DNA from: Candidatus Thorarchaeota archaeon
GTDB lineage: Archaea; Asgardarchaeota; Thorarchaeia; Thorarchaeales; Thorarchaeaceae
Assembly (NCBI GenBank): GCA_048884785.1
Contig: JBHLQM010000006.1
Span: forward strand, 1,289 to 65,288
Reading direction: 5' to 3'
DNA length: 64,000 nucleotides
The notes under the pieces were generated by a model. It did no database searches and was not told the origin of the DNA. It saw only the letters and a program-made list of their open reading frames with translations. The position numbers and the translations under genes are program-made. Numbering within the stretch: the stretch's first letter is position 1; each line of letters opens with the position of its first letter. This document shows, piece after piece, positions 47,967 to 58,158 of this stretch.

Positions 47967-50573
47967 ATGTCAAAGGAAAAGAAAAATGTGCAAACCGCCA
48001 GCACCGTTGAAGCCATCAGGATGGCATCAGCTTCAATCTTGGGAACTACTACCAGTCAGGGGTATCCATTAGGGAGCGCAACTGGTTCAGGTTCAAAGAT
48101 GGAAGAGAATTCGGAAGCTGTAGCAATGAATATCGCCCCTCTGATTTTCTCTCTCCGCGATGAAGTTGCTGCGGCAGAAGGACTGAATCTCTTATCACTT
48201 GAGTGGGATCTAGAACGAACTCCTGGACCAGAGATATTACCTGAGCATCTCATTATAACAGGCGGAAAATCTGGTGATGTTTCTTCTCATATATGCGCAT
48301 TAGGTTGGGAGAAAGGTGTTATTGATCCATTCAAAATGGACGAATATATGGGTAGAATCGCCAAGAAAATATCTGATGTGGAAAAGGCTGTTATTGGAAA
48401 TGGAATCGAGTATGAAAGTGATGGTCTTGCCATTCTTCGAAAATTCTCCAATCGATTCAATAGTGTTATTTTTGTTGAGATGCTTGAAAGACAGTTCCAA
48501 GAGACATGGGAATCTCAGAGAATAAAACCTGAAAGCGTTGATATTGAATCAATCATAGAATTCAGGTTTCGAGATGATTTCTCTTCAAATCCCCCTGGTC
48601 CAAAAATACAGCAACGGACATTGATTGATTTCAGATTGCCTGAAGGATCGGAAGAAGAACGTCTTCTTCACTTTCGACATAGAATTCTATCACCCCGCGG
48701 ACTTGCAGCCATTTCATCCCGTATCCCTGACATGGGAAGAGCCATTCTCACTGAATTGAATGAATACGCTTACAGCATTGAGGAGGTAGAAATTGCACAA
48801 TCAACTATTGAAGCTCTTGTGGAATTCTTGGGGAAAGACCAGATTCAGCCAGATGAGCTTAGTGTACTCGCAAGCTCTTCCAAACAATTCGCACAGAAAA
48901 TGTCTGAAGCCGCAAATCTATTTGGCATACTGGTTGATGAACACTCAACATCTGGGCTACGATTGACTCTGGATGGACATCACGAAAGGATTTTGGCGGC
49001 CATTGAACAGAAATCGAATGCTCTTGATGAACTTCAAATTAAATACAGTAAGACACTTTTACACCATCTCAGTGCATCTATAGAACGTGGTTTTCCAACA
49101 TCTGATGAAATTAGGGCTTGGGAGCTTAAATCAACATTCTCATACTTTGTGGCAGTAATAAAACGAGTTCTAAGCTATCTTACTCACGAGCTACAGCAGT
49201 TCCTGCTTTTCAGTTCTGTGAAGCGGGTTCTTCGAGAAACACTTGAAGAGTTCAGGAATGATTCGGATATGGAGCAAATGGATGCAACAGAAAAACTGCT
49301 ATTCCACAAGTTCTATGCTGAATTATACTCGCTTCTCAATGCTATAATCGACCGGAAATCGTCAATTGATTCAGACTCTTCAAACATCAATCACATTGTT
49401 GAATCTATTACCAAAGAGGTGAGTGAAGAATTCAAACGAATTGATGTTTGGGATATAATTGGCTTTTCTGACCTTGCCGAGATTGCGCGTGCTGAGATCG
49501 AATCTTATGAAAACAATATCGAGAGCAAGGTCACGCGTGATTCGCTAACCAATTTATTGCAGCAATATGAGGAGTTTGTTAGCCAAACGCTTCCCGATGT
49601 TGGTGAGAAATTCATTTCTAGAGATTGGTTCAATAGTGCGATTGATGCAGCAACAAAGAATGGGAGTACAGTTTTAGATTTTCTCAGGAGTTCGATTTCC
49701 GAAGAGAGTGAAAAGACAGCTGATTGGAGGGAAGAAGCAATGACTTGGGCTGGGCTTCTAAACGAACGAGTTTCTGATTCAATGCCCGTATCAGAACAGC
49801 TCTTCACTTTCCTCAAGCTTGCATATGAGCGGCTAGGCGAAGGTGCCACTCCAACTGCAGTTTTGGAGCGAATCCGTATCTCTGATCAAAAACTCCATGA
49901 TCAATATGAAAATAATGTCAATACATGGAAGGCACTCTGCAGTGAGATTGACAGGGAGAACGAACCAATCAGGGAGAATAACAAACGACGAGAGATTCTA
50001 CTCACAGAGGCCATCACGAATTGTGAGCACGAAACAAGAGAGTATGAAATCTCGCTTCAAAATTTCCAGAAAAAGATGGAAGAATATAACTCACAACCAA
50101 TTCCCAACGAAATGCCTAGACCAACTGAACCATCAATACCAGAGTCACTGGAATCCCGCAAAGCAAGAATTGACAGTCAATATCCCCTGCAAGCTGAAAG
50201 AGAGTACCCCCCTGAACCAACTCAATCGGAAGAGATGCAAACCTATTCCGTCCTTAGAGAGCTATTAGATAGAAAGCTGGAAAAAATGGAGAGAAGCCAA
50301 GAACGAATGGAACAAGTGTTTACCCTGAAACTCCGTGCACTAAAATCAGAAGGAGCAAAAATCACAGAGGGTATCGCAATAGGACTTAGTACTGAGTTCC
50401 TCGAGTTTCTAATGAATGCGGCAGTTCGAAAACTAGGTCGACTCTTGCCTCGCGCAAAGAGAGTGTTTTTGCGAAGTCCAACAGAAAGTGGAATCGTCTA
50501 TCTAGTTTCATTTGAATTCAAAGGCGATATATTGGTAGTATCTATTGGCAACAATTTGCTGAGGAGGGTCTAG
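47967..50573 (+). CDS. Large hypothetical, mainly alpha-helical protein (868 aa)
   Basis: Long ORF with no recognised motif; coiled-coil and Pro-rich segment near the C-terminus. Confidence 0.75.
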   Translation: MSKEKKNVQTASTVEAIRMASASILGTTTSQGYPLGSATGSGSKMEENSEAVAMNIAPLIFSLRDEVAAAEGLNLLSLEWDLERTPGPEILPEHLIITGGKSGDVSSHICALGWEKGVIDPFKMDEYMGRIAKKISDVEKAVIGNGIEYESDGLAILRKFSNRFNSVIFVEMLERQFQETWESQRIKPESVDIESIIEFRFRDDFSSNPPGPKIQQRTLIDFRLPEGSEEERLLHFRHRILSPRGLAAISSRIPDMGRAILTELNEYAYSIEEVEIAQSTIEALVEFLGKDQIQPDELSVLASSSKQFAQKMSEAANLFGILVDEHSTSGLRLTLDGHHERILAAIEQKSNALDELQIKYSKTLLHHLSASIERGFPTSDEIRAWELKSTFSYFVAVIKRVLSYLTHELQQFLLFSSVKRVLRETLEEFRNDSDMEQMDATEKLLFHKFYAELYSLLNAIIDRKSSIDSDSSNINHIVESITKEVSEEFKRIDVWDIIGFSDLAEIARAEIESYENNIESKVTRDSLTNLLQQYEEFVSQTLPDVGEKFISRDWFNSAIDAATKNGSTVLDFLRSSISEESEKTADWREEAMTWAGLLNERVSDSMPVSEQLFTFLKLAYERLGEGATPTAVLERIRISDQKLHDQYENNVNTWKALCSEIDRENEPIRENNKRREILLTEAITNCEHETREYEISLQNFQKKMEEYNSQPIPNEMPRPTEPSIPESLESRKARIDSQYPLQAEREYPPEPTQSEEMQTYSVLRELLDRKLEKMERSQERMEQVFTLKLRALKSEGAKITEGIAIGLSTEFLEFLMNAAVRKLGRLLPRAKRVFLRSPTESGIVYLVSFEFKGDILVVSIGNNLLRRV

Positions 50574-50575
50574 CA

Positions 50576-53032
50576 ATGTCGAGCTCATGGATACTAAAAA
50601 CAAGGCAGATGAGTGAAGCGGGAAAGGCAACGATTTTGAGCCAAGCTTTGGCCAATCATTTGCGAAGCCCTCGTGATAGAAAACTAGTAACAGGGGAATT
50701 GAAAGAAAAACATTCCCTTGAAGATTTGCTATCCCTATTTGGTGCCTTTTACTTATACAGCTATCAAGGAATTCGGCTACTTCACTTAGATGCTTCACAA
50801 GACCTCTCTATTGAGGAGCGAGAGGCACTCACGAAAAAGGAGCATGGGCTTCTTGAGAATGAAGTTCGAATGATGCTTGGCAATAAGCAGAGAGAGGAAA
50901 TTCATGTCTCAAGAATTTCAAGCGAATTCACTCTTGAAGCATGTTCAACGCTAGAAGGGAGCAAACCAAAGGATTCCGAAACGATGCAAGTTGTTATCGA
51001 TCTCATCAGGAAATATGCAAACATGATTCCAAGCGAGTACTCCCATAATAGCGAAATCGACTTCATTACGGAGATTACTGGCTGGGCTGCAAAATGGAGG
51101 GATGAAATATATGTCAAGGCATCCGGTTTGAAGGAATCTTCATTATCACTTCGAGACGAGCTATTAAAGCCGCATGACGAGGAAGTAGCAGAAATTGCGG
51201 TTCTAAAACGAGGTATTGAGGCCGTAAAAGGGAGTATTTCCCCACCATCCAAACGTGTACTTTCGGAGGGTCTTTCCTCAATTCATTGGAATGGAATTGC
51301 TGAGGCTGTGATTGACCGCTTGTTCTCAAACAAGACCACTCTAAATGCACTCAAACTTGCACATGGCATTCGATTGTCTGCTCTGAATGCACTCGTACAT
51401 CAATTTGATTCTCCAACGACTCTTGAGGATTATGAAACTCTCATTGGTAGAGTTCTAGTTCAAAGCATTTCAGATTCGGGTGCAGATTCCAAAACTATAC
51501 TTGAAGCGATATCGCATTTTGTAGGAATTCCTCTAGATGATGTTTCAGCTTTTCTTCGGGTAAATGGGATACGAGATACTTCTCGGATTGCAGAGGGCCT
51601 GGTTGCGAGTGCATCGGAATCAAGAGCTGAAGAAATAGGTGAAGCAGCACCAGATTCATCATACACACCTGAGCAAATAGAGGAGATGACGCGTTCTCTT
51701 CGGAAACTGGAGAAATTAGAAGATACTTTGGAGAAGCCTGTGAAAGGATTACTTAGGTCGAAAGGACTCCGAGCGTCTGAGCTTGATTCAATCCATCTTG
51801 ATTTTCTGACTAAAGATCGATCAACATTACTTGGGTTTGAGATTCGCGTATTGGAGGAGTTGGAGAGAAAGACTCGTGTTCCAGATCCTGAAGAAGTAAA
51901 ACAGTTGATTCAGCTAAGGACTGAATTCCAAAGTGGCAAACTCACAGGCGCTGAAATTAGTTCGTCAATGGATATGACTAGACAGCTACAAGAAGGAAAA
52001 TCATTCTCAGGTCTCCGGATGGATTTGATTTGGTATTTTACCATAGGAATTCTGAAGAATCTAGTTCGCGTGATCGAAACCTATAATCGTTCCAAGTATG
52101 ATATTCAAAGGTCCAAGGCTTTGCTAAAGAGTATCTACGAGGACTCTGACACTCAGCTTCAATTTCTAAGAGAGGAGATTCTGATTGACCTCCTGTCTAT
52201 GCGGCTGGCTGAAATTAAGATAGTTCATCCTGAGTTGAATGCTTCAAACATATGTGCATGGTATCATGCTCGTCTCACAAATACCGATATTGAATCAGCA
52301 AAGGTTTCTCTTGATACTTCTCCGTCCCCTGTATTCTGGGGCGTGAAGGCTGAATCATTGAATTTGAGAGAACTCTCATTTGATAATTATTCAATAGCAT
52401 TTGACCTTATGCAGAGGTTCCTTGTGGCGCAAAGGTCGGAACGCGACATCAGAATTGAACAGGCGGCAGAGGCGAAAACCACTCGCGAAAAGCAAATAGA
52501 GGATAAAAAGAGCAGTGTGGATGTTTTCAGTTTTATATACACCAAATCCCACACAGTCTTTCGGGCAATTGGCCGAGTTGGAGCAAAGGGTCTAGAGTGG
52601 AATGCAAATGACGATGCTAAATGTGCTAATTTGCTATCTTTCTTCCTGAAGAACAAACGTGGAATCCCTATTTGCGGAGTTTGTGGTGAAAGCTCCGCAG
52701 ATGGAGTGTGCAGTGCTCATGGCAAAGGCAACATGACCAATTCGACTGATGTTGATAACCTCTCTTGGTTTGTTAAGAGGGCAATTAGTGATATTAAAGA
52801 AGGATTAATTGGAGCCAAATCTGAACCTTTAGCTTGGAGTGAAGCGAGGTCGATTGTGCAGCGGGAGCTTGGTATCCTCAGGCGCAGAGGAAAACTAACA
52901 AGTAGGACAAATGTCAACGCTATGCTACCTGGCGAAATCAACTATATTGTAGGTCCAGCGCTAGCAGCAGTAATTGGGAAATACTTCAATGAATCGCTCG
53001 AATATGCCGCGCGTCGAGCTGGAATTGCCTGA
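50576..53032 (+). CDS. Large hypothetical alpha-helical protein (818 aa) with C-terminal CxxC..C..H zinc finger
   Basis: Starts 2 nt after the upstream stop; CGVCGESSADGVCSAH. Confidence 0.75.
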   Translation: MSSSWILKTRQMSEAGKATILSQALANHLRSPRDRKLVTGELKEKHSLEDLLSLFGAFYLYSYQGIRLLHLDASQDLSIEEREALTKKEHGLLENEVRMMLGNKQREEIHVSRISSEFTLEACSTLEGSKPKDSETMQVVIDLIRKYANMIPSEYSHNSEIDFITEITGWAAKWRDEIYVKASGLKESSLSLRDELLKPHDEEVAEIAVLKRGIEAVKGSISPPSKRVLSEGLSSIHWNGIAEAVIDRLFSNKTTLNALKLAHGIRLSALNALVHQFDSPTTLEDYETLIGRVLVQSISDSGADSKTILEAISHFVGIPLDDVSAFLRVNGIRDTSRIAEGLVASASESRAEEIGEAAPDSSYTPEQIEEMTRSLRKLEKLEDTLEKPVKGLLRSKGLRASELDSIHLDFLTKDRSTLLGFEIRVLEELERKTRVPDPEEVKQLIQLRTEFQSGKLTGAEISSSMDMTRQLQEGKSFSGLRMDLIWYFTIGILKNLVRVIETYNRSKYDIQRSKALLKSIYEDSDTQLQFLREEILIDLLSMRLAEIKIVHPELNASNICAWYHARLTNTDIESAKVSLDTSPSPVFWGVKAESLNLRELSFDNYSIAFDLMQRFLVAQRSERDIRIEQAAEAKTTREKQIEDKKSSVDVFSFIYTKSHTVFRAIGRVGAKGLEWNANDDAKCANLLSFFLKNKRGIPICGVCGESSADGVCSAHGKGNMTNSTDVDNLSWFVKRAISDIKEGLIGAKSEPLAWSEARSIVQRELGILRRRGKLTSRTNVNAMLPGEINYIVGPALAAVIGKYFNESLEYAARRAGIA

Positions 53033-53034
53033 TT

Positions 53035-53358
53035 CTAATGCTTATCGAGCGTGCTGTGTACTATCCAATTGAGATAATCCTTGGATCCCCCTTCAATTGG
53101 GATTACAATGAATTCGGGGATTTCATATGGATGGTGAATTTTAAGTTTCTCAAGAAGTTGCTCTTGCAGTTCTTCTTTGGTTTTCATTAGCAAGATGCAT
53201 TCAGGGTCAACTTCTATTTTCCCTTTCCAGTGGTATATGCTTGTAACACTTCGAATAATATTAACACAGGCGCACGCTTTCGACTTGACTAGTTCCATCG
53301 CAATTAGGTCTGCATCTTTCTCTGTGCAAGTACTTATGGCTAGTACAAACTCCGACAT
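53035..53358 (-). CDS. cutA: Divalent-cation tolerance protein CutA
   Basis: ACVNI, SIYHWKGKIE, KT, HPYEIPE and YLNW. Confidence 0.93.
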   Translation of the reverse strand: MSEFVLAISTCTEKDADLIAMELVKSKACACVNIIRSVTSIYHWKGKIEVDPECILLMKTKEELQEQLLEKLKIHHPYEIPEFIVIPIEGGSKDYLNWIVHSTLDKH

Positions 53359-53460
53359 TACAAAAATCTCCTAATCAAAAGAGTACATAGCATCTCAATA
53401 TATGCATCATGCCTTGCTGGGTCGCAGCCTTTATACGGAGGTAGTTTTGTCGATGACTCA

Positions 53461-54867
53461 GTGGCGAGTTTCATGACAAAGCGGTTTGTTCCAAAAGGTG
53501 TAATGCCGGCGTTAGTGACTCCCTTCACTCGGGATGGAGATTTGATTGAAGAGAGTTACAAAGAGATTATCGACTATACTATAGAAAATGGCGCCACCGG
53601 GATTGTACCAGCAGGTACGACTGGTGAGTTTGTTTACATGCGAACTGAAGAGAGGAAGAAGCTTCTTCGGTTGGCGGTGGAGTATTCTGATGGAAGAGTA
53701 CCGGTGGTTGCTGGTACTGGTCAGAATAGCACTCGAGCCACTGTTGCCCTTACAAAATATGCAGCAGATATTGGCTGCAAAGCCGCCCTTGTGATATCTC
53801 CATTCTACCTTCGACCCAGTGACAAGGGATACTATGAACACTACGAAACTGTCGCACGGAAATCAGATCTTCCTATCATTCTTTACAACATTCCTCAATG
53901 CACACTCGGAGTTCTTCAGTCATCAGTAGTGGAGGATTTGGCTGAAATAGACAACATTGTAGGAATTAAGGATAGTAGCGGGAATATTGGCCATACGCTT
54001 GAGCTAATTCAGAAACTCAAAAGCAAAATGCCGGTTTTAATAGGACACGATGAGTGTTTCTTGTCAGCTGTAGCAGCTGGAGCGGAAGCTGCCATCCTGG
54101 CCTCAGGCAATATTATGCCACATATTTGGCTTGAGATAATGAAGAAGGTGAGAAAAGGAAAATTTGAGGAGGCGGCAAAAATGCAGATGTCCGTACAAAC
54201 ACTCTCACGAATAATAACTAGAAATGGAGGAGCTCCGCCAGTTAAAGCTGCCCTGAAAATGATGGGTTTTAACGCCGGAAAATCCAGAATGCCCTTAGAC
54301 TCCGGCGGAACGCTAACAGTTGAATTGAAGGAAGAGATTAGACTAGAGTTGGAGAAACTTGGGCTGATCAAAGAATTGGTTCATCCGGTCATTCAAAAAG
54401 AGATTGATATGCAGAAGGTATTGAAAGAGCAAGGCTATTCGATTGATGGAGGAGTTAAACACTCCTCTGCGTGTGTAGATGGTATCTCAGTAGGAGTTGC
54501 CGTTGGTTCCAAAAAAGGATCTCTAGGGACTGCATTTGTTGGCCTTCTTACAAGTGCGAAGATAGGACAAGAGGCACTAACAATCATTCTTGAACCTAAC
54601 CTTGCTGTAAAACCAAGTAGTATAATGCTACCACTTCAACAAATTCAGTCGATGCGTCAGGCATCGTTATTCTATGGACCTGTTCAGTCCGGAGCTGCCA
54701 AGGCATTTGCAGGCTTCATAGGAGAAGGGAGAATTCCAGAGGAATCACTGAAGGATGAGGTGGCGGTGCTTGCCATTGATGTGGATTTGAATTCTAGAAA
54801 TCGACGTACAGTTACACGCGAAACTGAGGCAGCAGTATCCGCAGCACTTGCACAGATTTGGAGGTGA
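53461..54867 (+). CDS. DapA/NanA-family class I aldolase fused to a degenerate formaldehyde-activating enzyme (Fae) domain
   Basis: ALVTPF, GTTGE, YNIP and GIKDSSG; C-terminal TAF..PNLAVKP..RQA..FYGPVQ..EGRIP resembles Fae. Confidence 0.85.
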   Translation: MASFMTKRFVPKGVMPALVTPFTRDGDLIEESYKEIIDYTIENGATGIVPAGTTGEFVYMRTEERKKLLRLAVEYSDGRVPVVAGTGQNSTRATVALTKYAADIGCKAALVISPFYLRPSDKGYYEHYETVARKSDLPIILYNIPQCTLGVLQSSVVEDLAEIDNIVGIKDSSGNIGHTLELIQKLKSKMPVLIGHDECFLSAVAAGAEAAILASGNIMPHIWLEIMKKVRKGKFEEAAKMQMSVQTLSRIITRNGGAPPVKAALKMMGFNAGKSRMPLDSGGTLTVELKEEIRLELEKLGLIKELVHPVIQKEIDMQKVLKEQGYSIDGGVKHSSACVDGISVGVAVGSKKGSLGTAFVGLLTSAKIGQEALTIILEPNLAVKPSSIMLPLQQIQSMRQASLFYGPVQSGAAKAFAGFIGEGRIPEESLKDEVAVLAIDVDLNSRNRRTVTRETEAAVSAALAQIWR

Positions 54868-54873
54868 AAAGAT

Positions 54874-56349
54874 ATGGTTTCAGCATTCAAATTCAAAGGT
54901 GTATATCCTGCCCTAGTAACTCCATTTAATGAAGAAGGCGTTGACGAGAAGAAGTATCGCGGATTGATAGATTATGTGATTAAATCAGGTGCAACCGGTG
55001 TTGTCCCTTGTGGAACAACAGGTGAATTCACCAGCATGCGTTTTGAAGAGAAAGTCGAAGCAATTAGAATCGCATGTGAAGCTGCTAAAGGACGCGTTCC
55101 AGTGCTTGCTGGAACTGGCGCAGCATACACCGGAGATGTCATTAATCTAACTAGAAAAGCCGCTGAGTTTGGAGCTGTCGCCGCCCTTGTTGTGACACCT
55201 TATTTCCAAAAGCCATCAAACAAGGAGATTTTCGAGCATTTTGCGAAGGTTGCCAATGCCAGTGATATACCGATTTTCGCATATAATATCCCGCAAGTTA
55301 CAGGTGTTCCTTTGCATTGGACTGTGGTAGATGGATTATCAGAGATTGAGGGACTGATCGGACTTAAGGATTCAAGTGGCGATTTAATCAATCTGACGAC
55401 AATCCTGGTTCGCAGACCCGAAACATTCCAAGTCGTTATAGGCCATGATGAAGTGGCTTTGCCAGCACTTGCTTCTGGATGTGATGGGGCAATCCTGGCA
55501 AGTGCAAATATCTTTCCTGATAGGTATATCAAGATGCAAGCAGCCCTTGCGAGTGGAGATCTAAAGCAAGCATTGATAATCCAGAGAAGTATCCAAAAAA
55601 CTGTACGTACTATTGTTAACAGGGGCGGAGGAATGGCTGTTAAGGCTGCCCTTAACATGATGGGTATACCAGTGGGAAAGGCGCGGCCTCCCCTTCTTGA
55701 AGGAGATTCTCTCTCTTACGAGGATATTGATGAGCTTCGGACATGTCTTGAAGATTTGCAGCTAATTCCGAGAGGCTCAGTCACATTCAAGATGGGTGAA
55801 CAATCTATTGTTGCTAGATCATATCCAAAAGCTGTTGGTTTGGTACCTGATGTCGTAGAAGACTTGACATTATTGCACGGAGAATCTCTTTGTGGAGCCG
55901 GACAAGAAGTAGCTCATATAGACCTGGTTATGGGACTTAGGGAAGGACCTTTGAAGGTTTCACTGGAGAATGCAGGTATAATCCGTCAGGGCTACCATAC
56001 TGCAGATGAGGTAAAGGACCTTAAACCCCAAACTATCTTTTCACCTACTGTTACAATTACGCATGATGGGCACAAAAAGATGGTCTATGAAGTAGCTCAA
56101 AAAGCAGTCATTGATGCTGTAACACGGAGTATTACGGACGGAGTGATTCCTGACGAGCTGATTGATGACATAATTATTGCTGTAAATGTTTTTGTGCATC
56201 CTGATGCTGTAAACGCTCGTAGAGTGCACATCAACAATTTTAGAGCAGTACGCCATGCGTTACGCCGAGCGATTGAGGGAAGACAATCCATTCAAGAGAT
56301 TAAGTCATGCAAGGAATCTGCAAGGCATCCATTTGCATATAGTCCCTAG
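54874..56349 (+). CDS. DapA/NanA-family class I aldolase fused to a formaldehyde-activating enzyme (Fae) domain
   Basis: ALVTPF, GTTGE, YNIP and GLKDSSG; C-terminal GESLCGAGQEVAHIDL, VFVHP and ARHPF are Fae hallmarks; GGAGGTGA SD. Confidence 0.88.
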   Translation: MVSAFKFKGVYPALVTPFNEEGVDEKKYRGLIDYVIKSGATGVVPCGTTGEFTSMRFEEKVEAIRIACEAAKGRVPVLAGTGAAYTGDVINLTRKAAEFGAVAALVVTPYFQKPSNKEIFEHFAKVANASDIPIFAYNIPQVTGVPLHWTVVDGLSEIEGLIGLKDSSGDLINLTTILVRRPETFQVVIGHDEVALPALASGCDGAILASANIFPDRYIKMQAALASGDLKQALIIQRSIQKTVRTIVNRGGGMAVKAALNMMGIPVGKARPPLLEGDSLSYEDIDELRTCLEDLQLIPRGSVTFKMGEQSIVARSYPKAVGLVPDVVEDLTLLHGESLCGAGQEVAHIDLVMGLREGPLKVSLENAGIIRQGYHTADEVKDLKPQTIFSPTVTITHDGHKKMVYEVAQKAVIDAVTRSITDGVIPDELIDDIIIAVNVFVHPDAVNARRVHINNFRAVRHALRRAIEGRQSIQEIKSCKESARHPFAYSP

Positions 56350-56550
56350 CTGAAACTCTGGTATTGAACCCGCATCTCCGTAAAACTGCTTTGGCCGTTT
56401 GTTAAGCCAATGAGTTTTGCTGCTGTGCATCATATCATGCATTCCGTAATAATGTAGCACACGTAATTGTGTTGCTCACAGAAAGCCTTTCTAGTTCATT
56501 CTAGGGCATTCTGGAGATGTATACTCTGGACTAGTTCTATATATACTCAA

Positions 56551-56850
56551 GTGACAGAACATTATACAAGTCTAGCATCCCATTCAGGTTGCCGCACACC
56601 ACCGCATCCGTTGGAGATCGAAACATTGGCTGAGACGTGTGAGATTCCCCTTAAGTCGTTGCCTTCGCGTAGTCTTAGGAAGCAGGTTAGGAGCTTTCTT
56701 AGAGGCGAGGATGTATCAGTTAGAGATTCGTCCGGACAACTCTTTACTGTTGATCTGAAGAGGAATACACTTTTTCTGGTACCTGAAGAAGTTCTGAAGT
56801 CCCACAATTTTGACGGGGAACGTGGGCATATTTCCTATTATTCGGCTTAG
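56551..56850 (+). CDS. Hypothetical protein
   Basis: Open frame 56467..56850; start uncertain (GTG at 56551). Confidence 0.45.
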   Translation: MTEHYTSLASHSGCRTPPHPLEIETLAETCEIPLKSLPSRSLRKQVRSFLRGEDVSVRDSSGQLFTVDLKRNTLFLVPEEVLKSHNFDGERGHISYYSA

Positions 56851-57001
56851 GAGAATTCAGGTCTCAGCCTCCCTTCTTATTTTGCATATTTCCGCGTCTT
56901 TGATGATCGATGTCTATGCCATCCTGCACTAGAACAACACATATCAAATCAGGTTAAATTGGATTCCATCTCATCCTCTAGTACTTGGAGATGGTGTCTA
57001 C

Positions 57002-57997
57002 TTGGATAAGCGATTCCTTGTCAAACAAGCAATCCGTCTGATTGGACTCATTATCTTCATAGTAATCATTGCCAATACGGATTTTAGCCATGTGGACCTC
57101 ATTCTGACCTCTTCTGAACAGATCATGCTCATTCTAGCTTTTTTTCTTACCATTCCAATTATGGTACTCAAGGGTCTCCGATGGTTTGTTATATCAAAGA
57201 ATCTTGGCATTCGAATAACACCTGCAGAGGCAACCACAGGTTTATGCATTGCTCAGATGACGAGCTTCACACTTCCTGGTTCATTGGGTGATCTGATTCG
57301 TATCCCATTTCTAAAATGCCGAGGAAACCCAACTGATAGGTCGATTCTGAGTATCTTTCTTGATGCAGTAGCGGCTTCAGTCATCCCCTACTCTGTTGCC
57401 GCAATATCGATACTAGTCCTTTTTGATGTTGATTCGTCCATCCTTGTTTTTCTCTTGTCATCTACTCTTTTTGTTAGCGCCGCTGTGTATGTGGCATATA
57501 AGGTTGTACGGGTTACGATTTGGCCTTGGCTATCACGTGCTAGGATTAGGCGAATTAAATCCACTGGCATTCAGGGTAGGTTCTTTGTTAGTCTCCGCGA
57601 AGCTCTAGGTTTGATTCATGTCAGATCTATTGCACTCAGCATCTTTCTTGCAGCAGGAGCTTGGTATGTCTATACATTGCAGGGTTGGGTTCTCTCATAC
57701 GCACTCGGTATGTCAGTTGATTGGTTCATCATAGCTATGGCATTAACACTTGCTTCTATGTTCTCCACAATTCCAATTTCCATTCAAGGAATTGGTGTTC
57801 GAGAAGGTATTTTGTTGCTTGTTCTTGGCTTCTTTGGTCTTGATACTGGACGTATTGTAGTTTTTTCAATCGTTCTGACTCTCATTTCGCTAACACCATC
57901 CCTCTGGGGTCTCATTAGCTGGCTTCGCGATCCATTTGTTGAAATTAAGTCTGAAGCGGTTGAGGAATCTATCACAAAGCCTCTTGAATATCACTGA
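57002..57997 (+). CDS. Lysylphosphatidylglycerol synthase TM / UPF0104 flippase-like membrane protein
   Basis: LRW, LPGSLGDLIR and IPISIQGIGVREG; about 8 TMs. Confidence 0.85.
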   Translation: MDKRFLVKQAIRLIGLIIFIVIIANTDFSHVDLILTSSEQIMLILAFFLTIPIMVLKGLRWFVISKNLGIRITPAEATTGLCIAQMTSFTLPGSLGDLIRIPFLKCRGNPTDRSILSIFLDAVAASVIPYSVAAISILVLFDVDSSILVFLLSSTLFVSAAVYVAYKVVRVTIWPWLSRARIRRIKSTGIQGRFFVSLREALGLIHVRSIALSIFLAAGAWYVYTLQGWVLSYALGMSVDWFIIAMALTLASMFSTIPISIQGIGVREGILLLVLGFFGLDTGRIVVFSIVLTLISLTPSLWGLISWLRDPFVEIKSEAVEESITKPLEYH

Positions 57998-58035
57998 GAA
58001 TCAAGAAATTTAAACATTGGAAAAGGAATTGGAAA

Positions 58036-58106
58036 GGCAAGTCTCAGCTGCTCACCGGTTCTTCATCGCATCAGCTCCGACAGGGGTAATTGCTTCATCG
58101 ACCGCC
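58036..58106 (-). ncRNA. Box C/D-like guide sRNA, copy A
   Basis: GGCGGUC-GAUGA-15 nt-CGGA-GC loop GC-GAUGA-15 nt-CUGA-GACUUGCC; terminal stem; TGATAAG 28 nt upstream; T-rich downstream. Confidence 0.75.
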
Positions 58107-58158
58107 GAATTAATTGAGATACATCTTCTTATCAGTCTGGTGGCATGATATAAAAAGT

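Noticed and set aside
53461-56349. Annotation as lysine-biosynthetic dapA
   Set aside because: Both copies lack the DHDPS-specific Arg after YNxP, carry Fae domains and have no dapB/asd/lysC neighbours.
58121-58150. CTTATCAG...GGTGGCA resembling the start of a SAM-I riboswitch
   Set aside because: No GCAACC/GTGC/GAT elements follow; better explained as the minus-strand TGATAAG promoter box repeated at 58252.
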